DNA from: Chlorokybus atmophyticus
Taxonomy: Eukaryota > Plantae > Mesostigma and Chlorokybus algae
Assembly: GCA_009103225.1 (NCBI GenBank)
Contig: RHPI01002069.1
Coordinates: 831,378-895,377, forward strand
DNA length: 64,000 nucleotides
Direction of reading: 5' to 3'
This document shows, piece after piece, positions 25,849 through 37,925 of this stretch (within the stretch, counting starts at the first letter, position 1; each line of letters starts with the position of its first letter). The position numbers were made by a program, and so were the translations under genes. The notes under the pieces are model-generated. The model had not been told where the DNA came from, ran no database searches, and was given only the letters and a program-made list of their open reading frames with translations.

Positions 25849-28800
25849 CTACAAACCCGCGCCGGAAGAGGCTAACAACTCGTACTCAGTGAAAACCCAA
25901 GCATAATCGGGGTTGATGGCGGAGTTGAGCTTGAGCGCGTAGGCCCACGCCGTTCTGGAAAAGCCACTGTAGCGTTTCATGACAAAGTAATCCGCTTTTG
26001 AAAACAACCACCATTCGCCCACCGCTTCCTGCAAGTTCCTAATAGCGTCATTCCTGGCACTTCTTGAATACACAGCCTTGTCAACGTGTGCGGGCTGAAT
26101 ATCTGTGGTCAAAATCTGCCACCACAACGTTGATCAGCGCCTGAAGGTACAAGGAACAATATGTTCGCACAAGCATGTACATCAATTGCACAACAAGAAC
26201 GAGTAAGCCAGACCTTACTGCCGTATGCTTTCTCTGCTGCGCGCTTCAGTGGCTCGGAATCGCTAATCAAAAACCATATGACCCGTTGACCAGGTTGTGT
26301 GAATTTTTGCTCCAGCGCCTGCAACCAATGTCCACCAGACTGAGGCACTCAACAACATTGCTGGCAAAGGCCAACAAAAGCACTTGGAGACAGAAAATGA
26401 CACACTCACCAGGGCCGCATTGAAGTAGGCAGAGTACTTCGTGTGCGGAGGCCGATCCCAGGGATCGGTGTCTTCAAGGGTGAGCGTGCGGTTCAACGTG
26501 AAGGAGTCGTCTCCCGTGCGTATGTGAATACCGATTGTGAAGATATAGGGATCCTCCATGACCGACCGTACATTTGCAAAGCGCTCGCGGACAGGTTGAG
26601 TTGGGCTGCAACCACCAGGACTCAATTCGCATACTATGTCACTTGACAAGTCATCACCAACAACTGTGAGCTGTGAGCTGGCATGTGGTACAGGTGAGCC
26701 CTTTGTGGGGCACGTGTAGATGCTCCAGTGCACCAGTATCATGTGATACCTGACAAGGTAATGTAGCAGACAACCAAATATTGTCTCCCTCTTCAGCCCC
26801 AGTGATCTCAGAATGTCTCCAGTCGCTTGCAGGTCAAACATGGGGCCTGTGACGCCCTTGTTGAAACCAAAGATCAGCGTCTGTTCCGTAAATGCTGCGT
26901 TCAAAGCGGCCATATGTCCATTGAATATGCCTCCACAGTTCTTGCTGCCACGCCTCCGCACCTACAGGTTGTAACTCGCATTGCTGAACATGCAAACAGC
27001 AGCAAAAGCTTTCAACAACAATGATCAGGTCAACTTGCAGCTGCAGGCTTATGTAGAAGCAAACAATTTCGAGCGCGAACCTTACCTCACAGTCATGCCA
27101 GTTGTATATAGCCCACTTCTTGTCCATTGATTGGACAACCTCGGCACGCTCAGGTCGGTACTTTGTAGGCGGCATGGGAGGCATGTGCTTCTCCACCTGC
27201 GGCCCTCCCACAGTCCATGCCGTGTAGGCAAAGTCGATGTAGGGTGAAGTGAACGCATTGCTGACGCCGGGCCAATCAATCAAAAAGGTACGATTGGTCA
27301 CAAGGGCAAATGCTAACGTAGATACTATGCCGGCGAGACGATCTGCAAGTCCGCCGCACTGATCATACACAGCACCATCCTGCCGACACCTGCATGTGTG
27401 CACGCAATTGTCGCATATTGCTGCATGCTTATGAATAACAACCACAGAAAGACTAGTTAGATAACCAAAGCAATAACTCACAACAAGCACCAGAATACCC
27501 TGTGCATTTGCGGACCATGAAGTTGTCATGTCAAGCATTTACTAACACTTGACTGGGCAACTTCGTGGTGTGGACAGGTGTTGACTTGTTGCTGAATGAC
27601 AGAGTGGTCGATAAGAGATGACTTCAAGACACTTATACTCTAAGTGACTTTCCCACAGGACGTTTTCATCAGCTACAGATAATACCTTTGCCAACACTGA
27701 CAACTACGTTATGAATTAATGTTAATGTTGTTCTCATCAGTCTCCCACGAGCAGCGTCACAACCGTACGACGACAGTGGTCTTCACAACAAGCCGGCTGC
27801 TGAACATAAACAGAGTAAAACATGACCAGTACTAACTGTTAGGAGCTGGCTGCAAGCAGTCATTAGCGCATGTAGACATGTGATATTCACGCCCATGGCG
27901 ATCTGCTGTCCACGCGCGGCTCAGCCGATTACCATAACGCATGCGCACGACATCACACTTGCTCTTAAACTAAAACACACCATGAGCTGAGCTAAGGCAT
28001 GCAGCACAACCTCTCAAGCAATGCATGTCTGGGCAGTCGTGAAACTACTCACAATCTTACCCTGATGGCAACCCATACAATGGTTGCTTTGAGCAACAAC
28101 CTCCCTGCAAGCTGCATGCACCCCACATATTTCCATAAACCACTAGCACACCCCATTCAAGTGCACTCACCGGAACACAACAAACCGAGGTGGCTCGCCT
28201 TCCCACTGAAAGCCCTCCATGCTGCCATGCTGTTCCGCCCTCCGCAGCTGTTGCATGGCGGCTGCATGGCGCCGAGCGCAATTCTCCTGCCAGTTGCCGC
28301 ACACTTCCGCCAGCCGGGCACGATCATCACTGCTCTCCTTCAACTTCTTTCGTCTAACCCTAGAGCTAACTGTGCCGCCCAAAACCCCTAAACTCCCTTC
28401 GTCCCCATCTACACCATCCTGCCCTACCTCCTCCTCGCCCTCAACCTGCTCCAGTGCGGTCTCCTGCTGCGCTCTCCTGCCCCCGGCCGGCAAACCATGT
28501 CGTCCTGCATATAGCAATATGGCAACTCCATGAACACAATGACATCTAATGGAGGTAGCATCACAATTCACGATCGAACGATGCAACAGGCAGCATGGAC
28601 TTGGTAAGAACAGTGTAGCAGCTTTCTTGCATGGACAGTTCTGTGCTGGTTACCAAGAACCAAGGCAAGACCAGAGTCGCTTGCAATGCCAGTGCAGGGT
28701 ATGCTAGGCTGCCACACAATAGAGCAACCACTACTGTCCCTTTACTGTCTCTTGAAGCTACACCCGCTGACCATTGCGTTGATTGCTACCAAAGTAGCGG

Positions 28801-29278
28801 CATCAATACATATGAAGCCAAACCCTGATTGTTGAGATATGTTGAATGAGCTGCTGGTAATGTCACGCCTGGACCAGTGTTCTGAATACTTGTTGTTGAT
28901 GAGCGCAATGCCAGCACGCCTGCTGCAGGCATTGCATGAACATAGGCATAGGACAAGCTGCAGCACAGTCCTTTGCTGGGACGAACCGGTCAAAGCCCCA
29001 AGAACGCAAGGCACACCTCTTCTCTCTGTTGTGCTGGGGAAGGTTTCCAGTGTGGAAGAGTGTGCGGCGGCGCCATTGGTGTAAGCAACGAGCTCGTCAC
29101 CGAGTGCGGCGTTGGCAGAGGCGGCGGCTGCGGCGTGGAGGTTGCGAAGCACCACTCCCGCCAACGCCCCAAAGAAGCAGGCGAAGAAGGCCAAGAACAG
29201 CGTGGAGCGCTGCCTGCGCAACGACGACGATGACGAGTAGGAGGAGGAGGATCTGGCCGCCGGGGACGGTTTGGCCAT
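25849..29278 (-). CDS. Type II membrane alpha-fucosyltransferase-like glycosyltransferase (GT-B, FUT8/NodZ/GT37-like motifs)
   Basis: N-terminal TM (TLFLAFFACFFGALAGVVL) and an acidic stem. Motifs CGGLADRLAGIVSTLAFALVTNRTFLIDW, TIGIHIRTGD (motif I, RxGD), WFLISDS (motif II) and AVGEWWLFSKADYFV..YSGFSRTAW (motif III). Confidence 0.8.
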
Positions 29279-29719
29279 GCCCAGCAGGGGACCGCCGAGC
29301 CTAGCTCGCCCACCCTCGTCGCCAGCGATCCACAACGCGCATCCAGGCAACCACCATGGCACAATCCTGTTCTAACCCTTTCCCCCAACACACAGGACCA
29401 CGACTCCAAGGGCAAACGTGCAGACACCCAAGACCAACAAGACTCCTGCCGCCGCCGCCGCAGTCTGCTCCGCCACGTGTCACCCACCGCCACCTCCTCC
29501 TGCCAGTCCAGTGTACCAGTAGCAGTTTGAACACTCAGTGGTCAAACACGGCACAAACAAACGGCGTCACTGTGCACTGGCAGTCAGTCCTGCTTCCCAT
29601 TTTCGCTCTGGCAGAGACTCCCCGCCCCTCGATTTGAACGGGGACCGGGGCCGCATTTTCCCGCTAATGACTCATCAGTGATGACTGTGTCTGCCCGGCA
29701 GACTCTGCCGGCCTGTACA

Positions 29720-32700
29720 GGCTCAATGCTCAGCAGGATATGCCAACATCCATAACACCCACGCCGTGTGTCGCGGATTTTGTATAAGCACAAGCAGAGA
29801 CTTGCAAATGACGCGAACATGGCTGGTGGCAAATTGGCAATACCTGAACTTCGAATTGCCCATCGGCAATCCGTTTACGACCTGATCACGAATGCCTGTT
29901 TGAACAGAATGCATCGGCCGTATTTGTCAACACATGCTGCAGACAACGATAGAGTTTATACGCATGTGCCAACGACGGGTAGGCCAAATGAAAGTCGCAA
30001 ATTATGGTATGTGTAGACAGGATGAATGCAAATTACGTACAGCAATTGTGTACATGTGTATAGCAATCTGTGCATATGCATGTTGTGTAACATGTAAATA
30101 AAAAGCAATAAGCAAATACATGCATGAAGTCCTCTGTGCTACATATTTATTCTACTGTCTCTAGCTGCTGATGCCAACTACCTCGCCACGCATTTGCACA
30201 TACCGTACGTAATTTAATAAGCCCTCATGTAAATGAAGTTGTCTGCCTGTGCCTTTGCTTTTGCCTACATGTCCACCTTGCATGTACTGTCTCTTCGTAG
30301 TTATGCAAATATACGTGTGCGTGCATAATATACCCAGATCCGTACCGTATATGCTTTAACTTAACTTATACATATAGTCAAATGCATGATGTGTGCACAT
30401 TATTATAACGGTGTTCCCTCGTTTTTCACAATTTTGTAAATCACATCATAATGTGAATGTGGACAGCGTTGATATAACAATCACTAATTGCGAGACAATC
30501 AAAGCCCGATTGGTTTCGCTAACAAAATTGGTTCAACGTGCTTTACGGTTGCACCGCATGTAATAACCTTTACAAACCTTCTCAAATGTATCCCGACACT
30601 TATTTTGCATAAACTTTGAGGCGACGCAATTTACAATAAAAATGATTAACTCTTGATACCACTGCAAATGCAACATAAACCATGCGCGCTTGCATTTAAC
30701 TGATCTGCGCCATGGGCAAGTATTGCCATCCTAACCCATATGTCTTCAACTTTTCGCTCGTATAACTCAATAATACCAGACTATTAAAAACTGCTTACGC
30801 TACAGATTGCAGAACTCACGTATACGGAATTAGCAGCCATATAATTACGCTCCGGTACTCGCAATATTTGAATGACTGATGTTGGTGGCACACTGATCAG
30901 TGTTGTACACACAAGCAGCCCTAATGACATTGCATGAGCCAGTATCAACATATATGGGTTTGTATTGTATATGGGTTTCAGACTGACACATGTTTCGGCT
31001 GTTGACCATGTTTGATGACGCAGTAACTACAGTGTGTAATCAATTAGCGTTAAAGGGTAGAGTGGATTAGTTAGAACGAGGGTGAGTAGTGGCGGCATGT
31101 CTTTGGGGTATGAGGCCTGCCCCGACCTCGTACCGCCAAAAACGCGGCCGTTTTAACCACTAAATGTGCCGCAATTGCACTAAATCCCTAGCAATTTGGG
31201 GTCGCCGTTGGTAAGCGGTTGCCGCTGAGATATTTTCCAGCATCTTTTACGCATTTTTGCAATGATTGGCCATTTCGCTGCCTTTTTGAGCAACTGGCTG
31301 TTGTCACCGTTGCGATCCCATTTGATCAATCCCATGCGTGACCAGATGGTGGCCTAACGATGCAATTTTTCGTTTAGTTGAATCTTAACGTTAAGGTAAT
31401 TTAGGTTAGCATTATTTTCATGGCTGTAACCTCGGCATTACTAACTGAAATTTTGCAGCACGTACCGTGGCGTGAACGTTACATTAAATTAAGTTTTGTA
31501 ACACTTAACCGCAGGTTACTAGCCATATTGCACCATATTGCACCATATTGCAGCACATTTATCAATATTTTTAATGTAACACAGTAAAATGATCAACATG
31601 CAGCCATAAGCGGCCACGTATGCAGAACTGTGCTTATTTTTACATTTATTGGCATGCGCTTAGATGATTGGATGTGCTTTGGACGGCCAGGATCGTGTTA
31701 GGCAGATCTAACGGTGTAACGCTTGTTCTCGCCGCCTAGCCAATGAGAAGCAGGCGGGCCGCACATACTGCCGCGCAGCCCGGCAGTCGCGGGTGCCGTG
31801 TGATGGCCCTGCCGCGGGATGTGATGAAGGTTGAATGCCGACAGGCCGGCCGGTAAAAAATAAAAGGGTATATATTATAGTAATCGCCAAGAGAATAACC
31901 CCGTTGATGGAATGAAAGCTGAAAGATACACGTGAATTTTATGGTGGAGGTAGACTGTACAGTTAAGGTACATAGTTGTACCTAATTACATTGAAACATT
32001 TATTGTACAGTCTACCCCCTTTAATAGCATATTATTTTCAAAGATAGTTTGCTCCTGGCGGGGTTATATTCTTGGCGATAAAGAGCATAATATGGTCTTA
32101 AACAGTAAGAGCATCTGTATGCTATAAAGCAGTTTAATACGCCCATCACACCCATTACATCACGCGCATTACGTCACGTCTATTATGCCATCACGCTCAT
32201 TATGCTGATTACGCGTTGCACTGTACCCATCACGCCTTGTCCATTACACTCATTACGCCTGATGACAAACCCGTCACGCGCTACTCCCTCAATGTTAACA
32301 CTTACGTTGCACACTTACGTTTGCAAAAATGTTATAAAAAATAATATGCTCTTCGCGGTTAGTCATATTCTTTAAAGCACTAACATTTGCCGTAGCATCG
32401 TCGGTGATCTCAAAACGTATGCTACAAGGGGTTATTCTCTTGGAGTCAGGTCTTTTAGCGGGGGTGGACTGTATAACGCACACATGACGCATATGTGACC
32501 GTGCATATTGTGCTCAAAATGTATGGATTCTTTTATTCATTCGCATATACTTTGTGCAATCGCACGATATGGGGATGTGCTTTGGATTATTGAGATTTGT
32601 TTAACACAAATCGAATGGCCGATAGCTGATAAACGTCGCATAGCCAATGAGAGGCAGGCGGGCTGCTCGGAATGCGCGGCAGGCATGTAGTTTCGGGTGC

Positions 32701-32800
32701 CGTGTGTGATGGCCCTCAGTGCGCGTGATGTGTCTTTGTGCCCTAATGCCGGCCTCCCCGCCGGCCGGCCGGCCCAATCCCGCCCAATCAGCCGCACCGC
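29720..32800. mobile_element. TE-derived AT-rich region with nested inverted repeats, a diverged direct repeat and minisatellites
   Basis: AT-rich and without a host gene. Inverted repeats at 31883-32079, direct repeats at 31670-31860 / 32573-32775, (CCATATTGCA)x3 at 31523-31552, and a CATYACGC array at 32140-32281. Confidence 0.45.
32140..32281 (+). repeat. Degenerate ~9-bp minisatellite (yCATYACGC), about a dozen copies
   Basis: Read directly: CCCATCACAC CCATTACA TCACGC GCATTACG TCACGT ... CCATCACGC TCATTATGC TGATTACGC ... CCATCACGC ... CCATTACAC TCATTACGC ... CCGTCACGC. Confidence 0.7.
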
Positions 32801-33127
32801 TAGTTGCGATTTTCAGTGAATGTGTGACTGCCAGTCACTGACTGGTGATGCAATCACAGCATTGCAATGGATTGCGGCTATAACAAAGTGAAATTCATGT
32901 GGGCCGCCAACGCGCTGCCCGGCAGCAGGTTGCGATGCGTATATATTGATGCACAGGGATTGGCATCAAGCATGGTTTTGCCAGACGAAGCTGGAGCTGT
33001 GCTGCAAGCGGCGGTGGCGGCGGCAGGGTCGAGTTGCTTGCGGAGGGCTGTCTCATTGCGGGTATGGGCCCAAATCTGAGACTCTGACACCTCTTCACTG
33101 GCAGAAGTCTCCAAGATTTTGCGCGTA

Positions 33128-36100
33128 ATGTCGAGCGAGGAGTAGCGCATGGACGACGCGGAGCAGTGCGACAAATGCGGTGCAGTGGCTATTGTGCTGG
33201 ACTCCGTGTTAGGGTCTCGCATATGTGAGGTGAGAGTTGAAGACAATTAGCGAGATGGAGTCGTTCAGCACGGCTGCATGTGCATAGTGCTGTCGAGAAA
33301 GAGGGGGAGGCCTGCTCCGCTCGTTTTGCACTACTTGATTCAGTTTCAATGTGCGTGTTTGGTCATGGCGCTTGCGTCGCGTTGCGTCAACCAGGTTGAG
33401 TTGTTTGGAATAATGCTGACTGGCTTGAGAGAGAGAATTCAGTACAACATGCTTATTTGCGGGAAGGCACTAGCCGCAAAAAGCTTGTCCTGTGTATTGG
33501 GGTAGATTGGGCCATTTCTTCTGTCGGTTGCAAACGGCAGCGCTGGCAGGCATGTTGTGCTGGCAAGTGGTTGATAGTCGCAGCATGCACCAGTCGATGT
33601 TCGTCAGTGTTGTTTGACATACAGCTGCTTTCCTTGTTGTGCCGCTCCTGCCGCCCCCACTAGGTTTGTGCTTGGAGGTTGAGGGCTCTACACTTGATTG
33701 TAAACCTGAGCGCGCTACTTGGTATACTTACTGTCTGTGATGCTCTCAGTCTGCGTCCTTGCTTTTGCGCAAAGAGCTCTCTTTGTTTGTGGCTCGGAGC
33801 ATGCTACACTGTCATACGCATGCGCGCACGCGGGGCCGTTAGCTCAAGTAGCATTTGAATTTGCAGTATGTCAACACGGCTTTGTCCACCACCAGCCTCA
33901 CCATACGTCCCTCACAGCAGCTCTTTTACTCTGTTACATGCCACCTGCTATGCATGTCTTTCTGCAGTCCGCAGAGCATCTCATTGCAGTCGACCTGCAA
34001 ATGCTTGGACGTTCTGTGCATCGCAAGCCCAAGTCTTTCGTTCTGGAGTACAACTGATATAGCAATGTCTAATTTATGTAAGGTTCAACTAGGCATTGTA
34101 GTATTGTTGTCGGGTTTAGCGGCGTGATACGCACACCTTAATGTCACCAATTATTGAGCAGGCATGCGGTTGGGTGGCATCAGAAGGGGAGCTGCGCGCG
34201 CAGTTGCAATCATTTGCAGAAGGGGGCCAGCCGACTGGTGTATACGTCCCGCACGATGAAGCGCAGCTGGCCGCCGTTTTCAGTGGCGGCAAGCAGACCG
34301 GTCAGCCGTTCCCGGAGAAAAGACCTCTCAAGGTAAGATGAAGTGCATCATGTTGTGATGTAATGCTGGCGCATAACGCCGGGCCATCCAAACTTTACCT
34401 GCTGCAGTGCACTTGATGACAACGAGGTTTGCTGCAATTGTTACACACACCTCTGTTGTTGCCAGTTTCATGCACGGCGCCGCGTGAAGGAGTTTGCTGC
34501 GCGCATCCGCCTTTCAAGAGCCGTGGGCGACCAGGTATGCATGGTTGCAATCTGTCAACCTGTTTGTACCTGTCAGGCATGCGCTGAGCTGAATGCCATA
34601 TGACCAGTTAACATACAATAGTAAAGCTGGCTTTGAGCTTTGCTACCTGCTTCTCATGCATTCCATACACCATTGGTTCATGTCTGGTAGCCAATGTGCA
34701 CTTTTGTAGTTTTGATTTCACTGTGTTGCTCTGCATATTCCATGCTCTCTTGCGGCATTCAGGGTTGCTGTGATGCGCAGGCTTTCTGCTTTTTGGAGCA
34801 GGTTCTTGAGGGCAAGTGGGGCACAGGCCACTGGCTCGACATCCTGAGTGGCGCGTGCCTGCATCTTGCAGCCCTTCAGTCCAATGTGCCAGTCACTCTG
34901 CATGAGATAGGGGTACGCACTGTCAATGTCATGGATCCAGCTTTTAACTAATACCCATAGTATTCTGCCGAAGCACACGAACAACAATGTCTCCTGACTG
35001 TTGCCACCATGTCATCTGTTGTCCATCTTTTGCAGGGTGCAGTGCAAAGCTCAGTGTACATAGTCGCACGCGCGTACACGCGTCTGGTGGCCCACCTGAA
35101 CATCCCGAAGGTGAGGTGCACTGCGGTTTGAGTTGATGTTTATGAGCGGGCGACAGCTCTAACCGGAGCTCCGGTGTAGCCAGGCATCAACCCAGAGGCA
35201 TACTTGGTCAGAGCTGCAGGGGTTGTCCAAGGCATCAACTCAAGGGTAAGGTTTGAGTTTACTTATGACGTATGATGTTTATCTCTTTTTGCCTGACAAC
35301 GTCATGCTTACCCACCATTGCGCAGGAACACGATCGGCTGCTCTTACGCGCAAGGCTGCTGTTGGCGCTGGCCAAGCGCAGCGACCTGTTTGCTGGAAGG
35401 CGGCCACTGCCGGTAATGGCATGCATTGCAGTTTTTCAGTTTGAGAGCAGAGTACCCGACTGAGTCACAACTGATGACTTGCAGTTGGTCGCTGCATTGC
35501 TCGTGTTGAGTGCCAAGTCTCTTCAGGTGCGTTGTTCAAGCACTGGAGTCTAATCTCGCACTAGGCAATCACGTCATCACACATGAATCAATGTCGCGCA
35601 CTCCGGACTCCAATGCCCTGTTGTCACCTTACATGCTGTCCATGCGCCTACCGGCATGCTGGTGATGTTTGACATTGGGTGAAACTTGCAGCTCACGCAA
35701 GTAGATGATGAGACTGTTTGCCAAGCGCTGTACGTGTCCAAGCACACCGTTCATCAGCGAGTGCATGAGCTGCAGGTACGCCTCAGGGGCTTGAGCATAG
35801 TTTGAGTTGCTTGTTGATTTGCAGTTACAAACAGCTCTGCTGCTGTCCAGGATATCCTCTTCTCGGAGGCGCGCAAGCTTCCCTGGGGAGGCAGCATCAA
35901 CGCGCGCAACATTGGACAGCACTTGCCTCTCCTGCTTGATGTGCGCGTCACAACAAGCACACCATTGTGTTGCGTGGGCTTCCATCTTTTGGAGTGAATC
36001 TAGCTCAACCTTTGCTGTGTGCAGTGCATGGAAGCGCTGGAAGAGCTGCCAGTGGTCGATGCGATTACAGTGGCCGAGCTGCCAGCTGGTGACCTACAAC

Positions 36101-37075
36101 CGCACAAAGCGTCCCAACATATTGTAAATTACGGCACCCGCAAGCGAAAGAGCAGGAGAGCTTGGCATGAGGCAGGCCCAGGCGTTGATGTAGTAAAAGC
36201 GAATGGTAAGCGTGTTGATAGCATGCTTACACGGCTTATGTCCTCATGACAGATTGCTGTGCTGAGTAATTGACTTGTCGTGACTGCATCATCAATGTGA
36301 ATGCTAATAAGTTGTTACAAACCTTGTCAGTTGCAGCTGCAGCAACTGCTGCTGCTGCACACCAACAGTGGCCACCGTCATTCAAGAGCAGCGAGCAGCA
36401 GCGTGTCAGGTCGGTGACTAATTTTGACTACGTGCGCTGAATTGACTATTCAATTCAGCGCCTTCTGTGTGCCAGCCTGCAACATTACCCTTTTGCAACA
36501 GCATCACTGCCGTCCTGACTTAATCTATTTTCTATTGCAGGCTGCGCATGAAAATACAAGAAACCAAGCTGCGGTTGGAGCAACAGCAGGCGTGTGAGCG
36601 TGATCAAGCATCTTTGGTAGACGGCGGAGGAGACCAGTCTGCTGCGATAGTGCCATACACGCGTGTGCACAGCATGGTGGATGCTGAGGACACGGCAATT
36701 GAACAGCTGTTGCGCCAAGGGGTATGTTGCTGTTGCCAATGTATTTGTGTTGGCATGTGAATGTGTGAATGTGGTTGTCTTGACACAATCGTGGCGACGC
36801 AGGTGCCGGAAGCAAACATTGAATCTACGCGCAACGTTGTCAAGCTGGCTGCAATGTGGCAAGCTGCTGGTGATGTTGCGCTTCGCGAGGACACGGAGAT
36901 ATTGGACAAAGAGCTTGCGGCTTACATTCGCAGCGATGCCGAGGTACAACAGCACAATTTGATCATTCCAACATGCTGCTGTTGGCACGTGATGTTTGTA
37001 TGTGTTGATATGCATGTGCTATGGCAGGTCAGAATTGTGCAGCAGATGGAGGACGTGGCTGAAAAGGATACTTGA
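33128..37075 (+). CDS. PTF2: TFIIB-related factor, plant PTF2/BRF2-like
   Basis: TFIIB zinc ribbon CDKCGAVAIVLDSVLGSRICE|ACG. GKWGTGHWLDILSGACLHLAAL resembles PTF2 GEFGQGEWFPILIGACCY. AGRRPLPVMACIAVF resembles PTF2 TGRRPMPLVVAVLAF. The first intron is ~930 nt. Confidence 0.75.
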
Positions 37076-37925
37076 CTTGTCTACATAGAGAACCTTGACG
37101 CATATACGGATCTTTCCATGTTCATTGCAGCTGTTTGGCAATTGCAGATGATTGCCAGTCAGATGTGTTGATAAGTACAATGCACTCTACGCTCTAGGTG
37201 TGAAAATATTGAAGGCGGTTATTTTGTGTAATGAGGTGTTATATGCCTTTTGCTGCCAAGACGTTTGGTATACAGAATATCATTGCGTCGCTTGTGATGG
37301 CTGGCGGACACTGTCTTACCACCAGACCATAATGTGCAACTATTGCTGAGAATTGTCCACTATACCTCAAAATGTATAGATAGCCAGTTGACATTGGCAT
37401 GTTTGTAAAAGCCGGACAATTCCAAGTGTTTGGTATTGTAGATGGCACTTGATTGCTGTTTTAACTGTTTGTGCACCGCGTAATTCCAAGGTGGCAATAA
37501 TGGTTGCCCTACATTGTGCCGGTCGTCCAGGGGTCGTGTCAGTTGTGTCAGATTGCTTTGTGCACACGAAAGGTGGAAGCCAGCAAATACTATTAACAAT
37601 GATGCACAAGACTGATACATGCTGCATTATGATTTGTATGCACATGTACCATGTGAGCAGAAGATAAATCAATTATGCATAGCAAACAGCAGAGTTCCAT
37701 TCATGCGTCCAGCTGCACACATTACCATCCGCCAAGACAATGTATCTTCTGCCCATAGCATCCTGGCTTTGTTTTTGCCAACAGGCGCTTATCTATACAG
37801 TTACAGTAACTAGTACACAGTTGATACACAACAAATGCATCATGCACTGCTCGAAGTACAGTGCCTAACGTACAATCCTACCTCACACATCGCCAGTAAG
37901 TCATGCAGTTCAGCCATGAACACTT

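Noticed and set aside
28350-28395. Telomere-like CTAACCCTAG / AAAACCCCTAAAC
   Set aside because: Isolated, imperfect, and on the antisense strand of a coding exon; not an interstitial telomeric array.
29768-30016. 82-aa ORF in the TE-like region as a possible transposase or nuclease (e.g. TnpB/Fanzor) fragment
   Set aside because: No RuvC, DDE, Rep or helicase motifs are recognisable and the neighbouring frames are closed.
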